A stretch of DNA of 64,000 nucleotides, taken from contig JAEOTA010000043.1 of the NCBI GenBank assembly GCA_016840085.1, positions 32,488-96,487 of the forward strand. The letters run 5' to 3'. Shown piece after piece: positions 1 through 9,146 of this stretch. The position numbers and the translations under genes are program-made. This DNA is from Promethearchaeota archaeon (lineage in GTDB: Archaea > Asgardarchaeota > Lokiarchaeia > Sigyniarchaeales > SOKP01). The stretch's first letter is position 1. Every line of letters starts with the position of its first letter. The notes beneath the pieces were generated by a model. The model had not been told where the DNA came from. It searched no databases and saw only the letters and a list, made by a program, of their open reading frames with translations.

Positions 1-82
1 TCTTATTACCGTATCACGAAAATTCCTCTGTATCTTTGTAACATTATACGAAAGTGGGCAAATTACCAAAAAATCCCCCACA

Positions 83-634
83 CATCATGTAAAGCATGCG
101 ATAAAGAATTTTCTTATCCCATTATTTGATGCGCTCCCTCATAGGAACGATGTAAAATTATGCACAGTGTCAGAAATTGTAGATAAATTTCCTAAAGGTT
201 TCACTCAAATTCCACGAGATTCCAGTTGGTCCACAATGCCTTATGACATAGCAAAAGATGTGCCATTTCCTCTGTGGTTCGATCCTAATAATGAAATACA
301 CCTCGAACAACACCGATTTTTTATGTATGCCCTTACATTAATCCATCTCTCAGGTAAATATCGAGAAAGTATGGATGATGAGAAAAAAAAAATATTTGAC
401 AATGCTAGAAATTTGTTGGATCGAGGAATTCACAGTTGTCAGCAATGGTGGGCTTCGAAACGCCCCTGGTACAGCCCAGATATGATCCTACGCGGACTTA
501 ATGAAGTATTGATGGCAAGTGTGAATGCAAAACGCAGTATTCCGGAAAATAATCCAGATATTAGAGATGCTATGGAGCTTATAATGAAAGATATGTTAAA
601 AGCTCAAAATAAAATAGTTCTATCATTAATGTGA
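83..634 (+). CDS. Glycoside hydrolase family 57-like protein, C-terminal part (5' end missing or interrupted)
   Basis: Frame is open from base 2 and GH57-like from HHVK (83) onward: SSWST, PFPLW, HSCQQWWAS.RPW. The DGETFG normally preceding HH is absent in all three forward frames. Confidence 0.6.
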   Translation, partial: HHVKHAIKNFLIPLFDALPHRNDVKLCTVSEIVDKFPKGFTQIPRDSSWSTMPYDIAKDVPFPLWFDPNNEIHLEQHRFFMYALTLIHLSGKYRESMDDEKKKIFDNARNLLDRGIHSCQQWWASKRPWYSPDMILRGLNEVLMASVNAKRSIPENNPDIRDAMELIMKDMLKAQNKIVLSLM

Positions 635-704
635 AAAATAAAATAAAAAAGGAAAAAATAAGTTTTTAAAAAGAATTTTTCTAAACCAATATAGTTTCTC
701 AATT

Positions 705-2603
705 TTAGCTTGTTGCACTTATTGGTAATATATCTAACTCTTTCAATTTTTCTTCAGTAGGTCTTCCTGTTTCCCAATCCCAGCCACGAACACTATAATA
801 TTTTTTTAAATTATCTTCTAATTCGAGTTTTACGTTTTTTGTTCTTCCTGATGATAAGACTTTCATATTATGATTTGTCAACCTATCATCTTTCCTTGTA
901 ATTCCTAAATTACAGCTGATTAAACGTTTCACAGTATTTATTCGCGATCCAACTTTCATCAGTGATTTTCTATTATAATTAAATCCAGTAGCAGCATTGA
1001 TATAACCGATAATATGTTCAAGTTTAGGGGTTGCGAAATTACAATTTACTGCTGAATCATCAATAGCTCTAAGATCTTGAAGATTAACAAGTCCCTTTTC
1101 TCGTCCTGTTACATCATATCTATTTTTACCCCTTTTAATACGAAGAAGTGGAATATTAACGGTTCCAGATTCCGCCGCATACCAATCACATTTATTATGA
1201 TTTGCACCAACACATCCAGTCATATAACTTAATGCCTGTCCGGCGAATGCTCGTGGTTCATGCATAGGTATTTCTAATCCTTTTACATGTGCTGCTAATT
1301 CAGGATCTACTTCCAGCTTCTCTGCCATTATTCTCACCCCTTCGGCAAGTATATCCCCAATACCTTCCCTATTAACTATTTTTTCAATAAGTCTACAAAC
1401 AACCTCTCCGTTTCCCCACTTAATATCTTGTATTGGAATATCATTTAAAAATTGCTTTATTTTCTCAATCCCAATATTGTTCTCAACCAAATAAATTAGA
1501 AAAGCAATTGAGACTCCGCAAGAAATAGTATCGATACCAAATTTATTACATAAATGATTGGCAAGAAGTACTGGTTTTGAATCAAAAACACCGCATAAAG
1601 TACCTAGTGCAGCAACAGATTCATATTCTGGTCCATCGCTCTCAATTTCATTCCCATCTATTTCAATAATTGTTGATTTTCCACACTTCAGAGTACAACC
1701 TGCACATCCATAACTAAACATTGGATATTCTTCTGTTAAAGTTTTTGATGTTAAATTCTCGGCAAAAAATTCTGTTTCTGTAAAGTAATATCCTGGTGTA
1801 TCACCATTAACCATGCCTAAATCGAGATACATGTTAGTACCATATAAAGTAAAAAGTAAATTCCCCAAATTTCCCATCGGATTTGCTTCTCTTTCAAGTT
1901 GTGCCTGTTTTCTTAATTCCTTCCCTACTTCATTATCTGCAAGAATAATCTTTTCTTTTCCGTCTACTATTAATGCTTTCAAATTCTTTGAACCCATAAG
2001 AGCCCCTAACCCACATCTCCCTACTGCTCTCCCTTCATCATTTATTATAGCACCATATTTAACAAGGATTTCTCCCCCTGGACCAATACAAGCTATTCGA
2101 ACTTTAGGCTTATTTAATTCATCTTTAATTAATTTTTGAGTTTCGTAACAATCTTTACCATGTAATTTTGAAGCATCTTTAAACTCTACGTTTCCATCGT
2201 GAATATACACATAACTTAATCTATTTGCTTTTCCTAAGAAAACAATAGCATCAAAGCCACTATTTCTTAAAGAGATACAAAACAAACCTCCTGAAGATCC
2301 CTCACCCCAAATCCCAGTTAAAGGTGAGATTCCACTCACGGTATAGCGGCCTGAATTTGGTCGAATGGTGCCTGTTATGGGACCAGTAGCAAAAATTAAA
2401 GGATTAATTTCTGAGTAAGGATTTTCTTTTAATTTAATGTAATCATCTTCTGAGAGCAGATCATACGTTATTTTTGCACTTAATCCAGTCCCTCCTAAAT
2501 ATTCTTGTGCAATTTTAGGGCTTAAATCCTTTATTTCAAAACTTTCTCTGCTTAAATCCACAAAGAGGATTTTTCCATTATAGCCGTATAATTTATCATT
2601 CAT
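705..2603 (-). CDS. aor: Aldehyde:ferredoxin oxidoreductase (tungsten, AOR family)
   Basis: GYNGKILFVDLS, GRCGLGALMGSKNLKA, CAGCTLKC, GPEYE, GIDTISCG, HVKGLE, YYSVRGWD motifs; 632 aa. Confidence 0.92.
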   Translation of the reverse strand: MNDKLYGYNGKILFVDLSRESFEIKDLSPKIAQEYLGGTGLSAKITYDLLSEDDYIKLKENPYSEINPLIFATGPITGTIRPNSGRYTVSGISPLTGIWGEGSSGGLFCISLRNSGFDAIVFLGKANRLSYVYIHDGNVEFKDASKLHGKDCYETQKLIKDELNKPKVRIACIGPGGEILVKYGAIINDEGRAVGRCGLGALMGSKNLKALIVDGKEKIILADNEVGKELRKQAQLEREANPMGNLGNLLFTLYGTNMYLDLGMVNGDTPGYYFTETEFFAENLTSKTLTEEYPMFSYGCAGCTLKCGKSTIIEIDGNEIESDGPEYESVAALGTLCGVFDSKPVLLANHLCNKFGIDTISCGVSIAFLIYLVENNIGIEKIKQFLNDIPIQDIKWGNGEVVCRLIEKIVNREGIGDILAEGVRIMAEKLEVDPELAAHVKGLEIPMHEPRAFAGQALSYMTGCVGANHNKCDWYAAESGTVNIPLLRIKRGKNRYDVTGREKGLVNLQDLRAIDDSAVNCNFATPKLEHIIGYINAATGFNYNRKSLMKVGSRINTVKRLISCNLGITRKDDRLTNHNMKVLSSGRTKNVKLELEDNLKKYYSVRGWDWETGRPTEEKLKELDILPISATS

Positions 2604-2626
2604 TTTTTTAAATCACTCCAAATAAT

Positions 2627-3958
2627 TTAAAAATCAATGGTTCTACCATCCCAAGCATATTCAAATATTCTTTTTATAATTTCGCTATCGATATAACGAG
2701 CAACCATGAAAGCTACTGGATCGGTTTCAGCATACTTCACTAGCAGATCTAAATTTTTAAAGTACTCTTTCTCAGTAATAACAGGATTCTTCATTTCTTT
2801 TACGCATACTGGACCATCTAATGAATGTATGAAATCTTTAATAATTTGAAGAAATTCAATAGATAACTTATTATTGTCTTTATCTTTAGTATCAATTCCA
2901 AAAAGTGGACATAAATCTTTCCACCTTTCTGAAATTTTCATTTGGAAAGCAATACTATACTGAAGAAACATCCCAACACAAAGTCCATGATGAACATTGA
3001 GTACTTTCCCTAAACTATGGCCTAAGGCATGATCAATTCCAACACGAGAATGAATAAATCCAAGTCCTGCCATCAGTGCTGCTATTTGCATTCGTGATCG
3101 TGCTTCTATATCTTTAGCTCCATATTTATATGCACGAGGTAAATACTTCACTATTTGTTTAATAGCATAGGTATTCATGGCATCGGAAAATGGAGTTCCT
3201 ATAGTCGATACATAAGATCCTACTGCATGAGCTAATGCGTCAAGTCCTGTAGCCATTGTTAAAAAAGGCGGCATATCTTTTACAAAATCAGTAATTAATA
3301 TTGCAAAATCAGGAATCAACTCTGGATGAGAGACAGTAAATTTTTTCGGCGGATTAAAACGTGTATCAGTTAACATCGAAGCGAGAGTAGCTTCAGATCC
3401 AGTTCCAGATGTTGTCGGAATAGCAATAAAATATTTAAGTTTTTTGCGTAAACCAAGAGGTTCTAAAGCTGCAACATTAAATAGATCCATTTCAGGTCTC
3501 TCGTATCTAACCATTAAACCTTTCGTACTGTCAAGTACACTCCCTCCACCAATCGCTATAAATATTTTAGGTTTAAAATCTTCACATATTTTAAATGCTT
3601 CATCAATAGTAGCGAAAGGTCCCTCTGGCTTCACTCCAGCCCATACTTTTGACTCTATATTTATTTTATTTAACATATTACTAATTTGATTACCATATTT
3701 TTCAGTAAAATCATCTGTTATTATTAAAGCTCTTCTCTCTCCTTCTTCAAGATTACCATTTAAATAATCGATTAGTCGGTTTAATGCTGTCATTCCAAAT
3801 ATAACCTTTGGTGATCGAAAAGAAGTCAATATTCCTGAAAGTGCTCTCGCTTTCAACATATTCATTAGATTTCTTAAATTCTCATTAATTTGCTGAGTCG
3901 CTGGCTCAGGTACTTGTTCAGACGCTTGTTCAGTTTTATTTTCCAAAAAACCACCCAT
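2627..3958 (-). CDS. Iron-containing alcohol dehydrogenase
   Basis: GGGSVLD, IPTTSGTGSE, GLDALAH, HALGH, HHG motifs. Confidence 0.92.
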   Translation of the reverse strand: MGGFLENKTEQASEQVPEPATQQINENLRNLMNMLKARALSGILTSFRSPKVIFGMTALNRLIDYLNGNLEEGERRALIITDDFTEKYGNQISNMLNKINIESKVWAGVKPEGPFATIDEAFKICEDFKPKIFIAIGGGSVLDSTKGLMVRYERPEMDLFNVAALEPLGLRKKLKYFIAIPTTSGTGSEATLASMLTDTRFNPPKKFTVSHPELIPDFAILITDFVKDMPPFLTMATGLDALAHAVGSYVSTIGTPFSDAMNTYAIKQIVKYLPRAYKYGAKDIEARSRMQIAALMAGLGFIHSRVGIDHALGHSLGKVLNVHHGLCVGMFLQYSIAFQMKISERWKDLCPLFGIDTKDKDNNKLSIEFLQIIKDFIHSLDGPVCVKEMKNPVITEKEYFKNLDLLVKYAETDPVAFMVARYIDSEIIKRIFEYAWDGRTIDF

Positions 3959-4120
3959 TTATATTTTAATATAATTTTTGATAAAATATTATTAAATAAG
4001 TTAAACCTTCTTAATAAATCTTAATTCATTTTAAAGCTGATTATTAAATTGATTATGATTGTGAAGACTAAACCTAGTTTTCTTGAAAATAATTAAGACA
4101 TAATTAATTCTGGATTAAAA

Positions 4121-4183
4121 GATGCGATGGAGCTTATTATGGAAGATATGCAAAAGGCACAGAATAAAATAATCTTATCACTG
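4121..4183 (+). pseudogene. Relic copy of the 3' end of the GH57 gene
   Basis: Translates DAMELIMEDMQKAQNKIILSL vs DAMELIMKDMLKAQNKIVLSL at 566-628; 50/63 nt and 18/21 aa identical by manual alignment. Confidence 0.85.
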
Positions 4184-4250
4184 GAATTAATTGTATTTCT
4201 AATTCTAGTATCAATAAAATTAAAAAAATAAGATTAAAAATAATCAAGAT

Positions 4251-4450
4251 TTAATCCTTTTTGAAAATATTACCACACCCGCCACACTTCACATTCTTAG
4301 CATATACCGGAGTACCCTGCTTCAGCAGCATGCTTAAATAGCATTACTTATACTATAGTAAAGTACATTGCTTTTATCGGGCTCCTCATGAAGCTTACGT
4401 GGGTTCTCATTGCCACACTTAGGACATTTAACCCTTTTATACTCAGTCAC
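4251..4450 (-). CDS. Small C4 zinc-finger protein (56 aa), split: exon1 4450-4350, exon2 4320-4251
   Basis: GTG start preceded by GGGG RBS. Joined product MTEYKRVKCPKCGNENPRKLHEEPDKSNVLYYSMQGTPVYAKNVKCGGCGNIFKKD has one CxxCG in each exon. Not in the ORF track. Confidence 0.8.
4321..4349 (-). other. Candidate 29-nt bulge-helix-bulge/loop (BHB/BHL) mRNA intron
   Basis: AAGUAAUGCUAUUUAAGCAUGCUGCUGAA; contains an in-frame UAA. 4-bp helix UAGU/GCUG, bulges AU|A and AA|G, intron hairpin, exon-exon stem GUACUUU/AGGGUAC. Confidence 0.65.
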
Positions 4451-4512
4451 TTTATTCCCCTTAACTCTAAAATAAGATTTTTACATATTTAGTGGGTTTT
4501 ATAAATTTAAAT

Positions 4513-5043
4513 TTAGGTTTTTACTTGGGTTTTTATTATAATCTCTCTCACAATATCATTTATTTTCTTGTTAGTTGTGTCAATAATAATCTCTGCTGCT
4601 GCTTCGTAAGATGGATTTCGAAAATTTAATACTTTTTCAATTTCTATTTTGGGATCTTGTGTATTAATAACAGGTCTAGACTCTTTTCCATCCATCATTA
4701 TTCTTTTATATATTTCTTCTGGTGTCGATTTTAGAAGGACTATAATAAAATTCTCCTTCAAATTATCAATGTTAATTTTATTTAAAACAACTCCACCCCC
4801 ACATGAAATAACGGTTCTTTTTAGCTTAGATGCTTTTATACATGCTAAATTTTCATATTCTCTAAATTTTTGTTCTCCTTCTTCCTTAAAAATTCTTGGA
4901 ATGGATTTACCCGTTTCTTTAACTATAATTTCGTCAGTCTCAATAAATTTATAATCATTTCCAAGCTGTTTAACTATTGCTTTTCCAATAGTTGTTTTTC
5001 CTGTAGCCATAAAACCTATAAGCGCAATAGAATCCTTACTCAT
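4513..5043 (-). CDS. aroK: Shikimate kinase (bacterial-type)
   Basis: GFMATGKTT P-loop, GEQKFRE, SCGGGVV, RP motif; close to aroE. Confidence 0.92.
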   Translation of the reverse strand: MSKDSIALIGFMATGKTTIGKAIVKQLGNDYKFIETDEIIVKETGKSIPRIFKEEGEQKFREYENLACIKASKLKRTVISCGGGVVLNKINIDNLKENFIIVLLKSTPEEIYKRIMMDGKESRPVINTQDPKIEIEKVLNFRNPSYEAAAEIIIDTTNKKINDIVREIIIKTQVKT

Positions 5044-5096
5044 TTTAAAATCAATTTTGTAGTAATAGTAATATTTAGGAATAACTTATCCTCTAA

Positions 5097-5651
5097 CTAT
5101 TCGAATGAAAAGCCATGAGTTCCTAAAATATCTTTTTTTAATTCGATATAAAAACCAGATAAATATGCAAATGAATTAATTTTTTCAGGATCTAGATTAC
5201 CATTTTTAATATAATATGGATCAGTATGTACAGCAACTGCTTCACCAAAATAACATATATGTGAACCTAGTTCAATTCTTTTTATTACTTTGCATTCCAT
5301 ATTCCATGGAAACTCTTTTATCATAGGAACTTTTACTATTGAGGCTTCTTCTTTTGTTAGATTTAATTCATTCCATTTATTAACATCTCTTCCTGAACGT
5401 GTACCACAATAATCCGTTTCTCTTAATTGTTCTATTGTAGGATAATTAATTACGAATTCTCCATGTTCTTCAATTAATTGATAGGAATGACGTTTAGGCT
5501 GTATAGAGATAGCTATAATAGGCGGGTTTAAGCACACTTTGCCAACATATGCTAAAGTTATTAAATTTGCTTCTTCACCAGTTCCTACTGATATAACTGA
5601 GGCGGGCATAGGAAAAGTGGCAATTTTCGGGCTAAGAGAAATTTTGTTCAT
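5097..5651 (-). CDS. Flavin reductase-like (DIM6/NTAB) protein
   Basis: PMPASVIS, EFVIN.P, CGTRSGRDVNK, ECKV, GSH; ATG at 5651 preferred over the upstream TTG. Confidence 0.85.
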   Translation of the reverse strand: MNKISLSPKIATFPMPASVISVGTGEEANLITLAYVGKVCLNPPIIAISIQPKRHSYQLIEEHGEFVINYPTIEQLRETDYCGTRSGRDVNKWNELNLTKEEASIVKVPMIKEFPWNMECKVIKRIELGSHICYFGEAVAVHTDPYYIKNGNLDPEKINSFAYLSGFYIELKKDILGTHGFSFE

Positions 5652-5756
5652 TTTTTTTACTTCTCTATTTTTCAATAAATTGGTTATATAATTATAAATT
5701 GTTTATAATCTTAAAACATATTATTAATTTTTAATTTAATAAGTTAATTACTAAAG

Positions 5757-6626
5757 ATGTCAGCAATAAATTCTATTACAGGTCCTACACTGATCCTTTG
5801 TGTTATTGGACATCCAATCGAACATTCTATGAGTCCGATTATGCATAATGCTGCTATAAAAGATTTAAATCTTAACTATATATATGTTTCATTTAATATT
5901 CTTCCAAAAAATTTAAGAAATGCAGTAAAAGGCTTTAAAGCTTTAAATATTAAGGGAATAAATGTCACTCTTCCTTTTAAACAGAGAATTATGAAATATT
6001 TAGACGAAATTGATCCTTTAGCACAAAAAATTGGGGCAGTTAATACAATAAAAAATGATGACGGCTTTTTGAGAGCAAAGAACACAGATGGAATAGGAGC
6101 AAAGATGGCCTTATTAGAGGCAGGATACGATTTTTCTAATAAAAACATCTTGATATTAGGAGCTGGGGGAGCTGCAAGAGCGCTTTCATTTATTTTAGCT
6201 GAAAATGCGAATAAAATAGTTATAGTAAATAGAACTGAAAAAAGAGCCTTAAAGTTAGCAACCGAACTAAAAAAGTCTTATGGATTGAATTTCGAAGGAA
6301 AGAATTTCAGTAATAAAATTTTGGAGGAAGAGATTAAAAAAGCTGATATCTTAATCAATACGATTCCTACTGGTATGTATCCTAAAATAAATGAATCACC
6401 TATCTCTTCAGAGATTTTACATGAAAGTTTGATAGTTTTTGATGTAATATATAATCCTCTTGAAACTAAATTAATAAAGAATGCAATAGAAAAAGGTTGT
6501 AAAACGCTAGGAGGTTTGGATATGTTAGTAAATCAAGGAGCATTAGCATTTGAATGGTGGACGAATTTAAAACCAAATAGAGGAATTATGAAAAATAAAG
6601 TAATTGAATATTTAGGGTTAAAATGA
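5757..6626 (+). CDS. aroE: Shikimate dehydrogenase
   Basis: GHPIEHSMSP.MHN, NVTLPFK, GAVNT, NTDG, GAGGAARA, DVIYNP, GLDMLVNQG. Confidence 0.95.
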   Translation: MSAINSITGPTLILCVIGHPIEHSMSPIMHNAAIKDLNLNYIYVSFNILPKNLRNAVKGFKALNIKGINVTLPFKQRIMKYLDEIDPLAQKIGAVNTIKNDDGFLRAKNTDGIGAKMALLEAGYDFSNKNILILGAGGAARALSFILAENANKIVIVNRTEKRALKLATELKKSYGLNFEGKNFSNKILEEEIKKADILINTIPTGMYPKINESPISSEILHESLIVFDVIYNPLETKLIKNAIEKGCKTLGGLDMLVNQGALAFEWWTNLKPNRGIMKNKVIEYLGLK

Positions 6627-7525
6627 TGTTAGGGAAAAATTTAACAATAATAGGCGGTTCAGGAGGAATGGGCCGCGTTTTTTCAAGATATTTTAAACAG
6701 CATGGCTTTAATGTCACGATAAATGCTCGAAATGCGAAAAAACTGAGACAGATCGCTGAAGACTTAGGGGTAAATTATGAGTTAGATCTCAAAAAAAGTG
6801 TAGAAAATGCTGATATTGTAATGGTTTCAATTCCTATTCACTCAACACCTAAGATGATTGAAAATATAGTCCCATTCATGAAAGAAAATTCTCTAATTTT
6901 TGATATAACATCAATCAAAAGAGAAACTTATAGAGTGTTAAATATAGCTCATAATAAATTCCATATAAACTGCTTATCTCTTCATCCTATGTTTGGTCCT
7001 GGTATTAAGAATTTTAAAAATTACACACTTATTGTTTTAAGAGTTGGAGGTACAAAACACTACAATGAAACTGTCGAAGAATTTTTGGATTTGTTTAAAT
7101 CAGATGGACTAGTTATAACTGAAACTACACTAGAAGTCCATGATAAGCATATTGCATTAACCCTAGGGGTACCGCATATGTTAAACATCCTTTTCTTGAA
7201 TTTATTAAAAAGAACTAATGAATCTTTATCTGAATTAACAAGATATACTGGTACAACATTCTTACTACAAAAAGTCTTCGCTGAAAGTATTATCCAAAGA
7301 GAAATGGAAATGTTTGGCGAAATTCAAATAGAAAATCAAGATTTTTATACTATCTTAGAATTATTTGAGAATTTAATTAAAGAATATAAAAATATAATTA
7401 AAACAAAAGATTTAAAGAGATTCTCCAATATTTTTTCTCAGGGACTGGAATATTCTAAAAAAGATATTCATTTTGAGAATTCATACAAATACTTCTATAA
7501 ATTTATGAAAATCTTAAAAGAATAA
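6623..7525 (+). CDS. tyrA: Prephenate dehydrogenase
   Basis: IIGGSGGMG, DITSIK, HPMFGP, HD..IA; ATGA overlap with aroE. Confidence 0.9.
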   Translation: MMLGKNLTIIGGSGGMGRVFSRYFKQHGFNVTINARNAKKLRQIAEDLGVNYELDLKKSVENADIVMVSIPIHSTPKMIENIVPFMKENSLIFDITSIKRETYRVLNIAHNKFHINCLSLHPMFGPGIKNFKNYTLIVLRVGGTKHYNETVEEFLDLFKSDGLVITETTLEVHDKHIALTLGVPHMLNILFLNLLKRTNESLSELTRYTGTTFLLQKVFAESIIQREMEMFGEIQIENQDFYTILELFENLIKEYKNIIKTKDLKRFSNIFSQGLEYSKKDIHFENSYKYFYKFMKILKE

Positions 7526-7547
7526 AAAGAATAAAAAATTGTTAAAT

Positions 7548-7931
7548 TTATTCAGTACTGCTTCCACATAAGGGACAAAACTTAGCATTTTCTCTTTGAT
7601 TCAGCTCAACTCCACAGTTAAAACAGAATTTTGCCTTTTCCTCAACTAACTGCGTTTTTGCTATAGGTTTCTGATTCTCAATTTGAGTGGAAGTGCTAAT
7701 TAATTGATAATTTGAATTTGATTGAGTAATAGTCATTTGACGTGGTTCACAAACATGATTACAATTTGTACAACGGTTTTGTGGTTTATCCAAATAAATC
7801 GCAACATAAATTAATAATCCAAGACCGCCTGTAAATATAGCTAAAATTATTGCTAAACCGATTCTAAAATCCTCTTTTTTAGTGGAAACATTCATTTTAC
7901 AGTGAGGACAATACATCACAGACATAGACAT
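7548..7931 (-). CDS. LITAF-like membrane zinc-ribbon protein with C-terminal zinc ribbon
   Basis: CPHC - hydrophobic segment - CTNC, linker, CFNC..CPLC. Confidence 0.65.
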   Translation of the reverse strand: MSMSVMYCPHCKMNVSTKKEDFRIGLAIILAIFTGGLGLLIYVAIYLDKPQNRCTNCNHVCEPRQMTITQSNSNYQLISTSTQIENQKPIAKTQLVEEKAKFCFNCGVELNQRENAKFCPLCGSSTE

Positions 7932-8096
7932 TTTTTTACCTCCAATTTTTCTTTTTAAAAACTATTTCTTTTCTTTAATTAAGTAATATAGAAAGAGATA
8001 CAAAAATGATCTTTAGACCAATTTTTAATTTGAGAAAGAATACTAACTAAAGAAATTTGAAGGAGAATGTAATTATAATAAAAAAAAACTATTATT

Positions 8097-8486
8097 TTAG
8101 ACTTTACCACCACAATTTGGACAATATTTTACTCCAGCTTCTAATTTTTCACCACATAATGAGCAAAAACTAGGCATATCTCCTGTTATTTCCTCAGTTA
8201 CCCCAACTGGTGCTGGTGCTGGTGCAGAATAAGCTCCCCTTTGAAGGCTTTGGGGTTGGGATTGATAAGCAAATTGACTCTGCGGTTGAGAGACAGTGAT
8301 TTTAGTTTTGCAATGCACGCAAGTGTTTTCTTCTTTAGAATAATACCAAATTAAATAGATTATCAGACCAATTCCAGCAGTGAAAATCAGCAATACTATT
8401 GCGAGACAAGTGTCAATATCTTGACGAGTTAATAACACATTCTGATTACACCTAGGACAAAAGCCGGTAGGATTAACAGTTGGCAT
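8097..8486 (-). CDS. LITAF-like membrane zinc-ribbon protein with C-terminal zinc ribbon
   Basis: CPRC - hydrophobic segment - CVHC, Q/P-rich linker, CSLC..CPNC. Confidence 0.65.
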   Translation of the reverse strand: MPTVNPTGFCPRCNQNVLLTRQDIDTCLAIVLLIFTAGIGLIIYLIWYYSKEENTCVHCKTKITVSQPQSQFAYQSQPQSLQRGAYSAPAPAPVGVTEEITGDMPSFCSLCGEKLEAGVKYCPNCGGKV

Positions 8487-8560
8487 TTCTTAACCTTATT
8501 TTATAATAATTATATTGTTGTTATAATTAAGATAAAGAATGATAGTATTCATATATATTT

Positions 8561-8956
8561 TTATTCTTTAAGATTAACCCCACAACTCGGACAAATTTCG
8601 TCTTGTGCATTAATTTCCTGTTGACAGTATTGACAATGCAGTTTGTTAGCATCTTTTTCTTTTTTTTCTTGTTCTATTGTTTGAAGAATTCGGGTAATTT
8701 GGGCTTTAGGTTCAGGAATTTCTTCGCGTGAATTGTAAAAATCTAATTGATTTTGGCAAAAAGGGCAAACTGTCTTTTTTGAAATAATATAACGATAAAT
8801 TAAAAAAGGAATAAGAGCAAATCCTAATGATGCAAAAATGCAAAGAATCCATATATTAAGATACATACCTTCAATTGCTTTTCTTTTTGGATTTTCAATT
8901 TCTCTCTCACAATTATCGCAATATGCGAATGTCTGACTTTTTTCCATCTCTCTCAT
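8561..8956 (-). CDS. LITAF-like membrane zinc-ribbon protein with C-terminal zinc ribbon
   Basis: CDNC - hydrophobic segment - CPFC, charged linker, CQYC..CPSC. Confidence 0.6.
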   Translation of the reverse strand: MREMEKSQTFAYCDNCEREIENPKRKAIEGMYLNIWILCIFASLGFALIPFLIYRYIISKKTVCPFCQNQLDFYNSREEIPEPKAQITRILQTIEQEKKEKDANKLHCQYCQQEINAQDEICPSCGVNLKE

Positions 8957-9146
8957 TTTAAATAAGATTACACAATCATTTTAATTTTTGTGGTAAAGTT
9001 TTTTCATTCTATTACTTGATAAAATATTATATTTCAATTTGTTAAAAAATTAATAAAATAAGTTCATTAAAAATAAAATCAATATGTCCTTATTGATTTA
9101 TAATCTATAGGATTTCAATTTTGAAAGCTAATTGTTTTGAATTAAT

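Noticed and set aside
41-52. 12-nt match to loxP (ACATTATACGAA)
   Set aside because: Only part of one arm and spacer, with no second arm; compatible with chance.
1-82. Group II intron 3' end or intein at the GH57 junction
   Set aside because: No recognisable domain V (AGC/CGC triad hairpin) and no His-Asn/Cys-Ser-Thr intein junction.
4321-4349. Selenocysteine readthrough or ribosomal frameshift as the explanation for the split zinc-finger gene
   Set aside because: The first in-frame stop is TAA, not TGA; the second half is in another frame; no obvious slippery heptamer. Excision explains it more simply.
8200-8235. ESCRT-recruiting P(S/T)AP late-domain motif in a LITAF-like protein
   Set aside because: The sequence is YSAPAPAP, not P(S/T)AP or PPxY.
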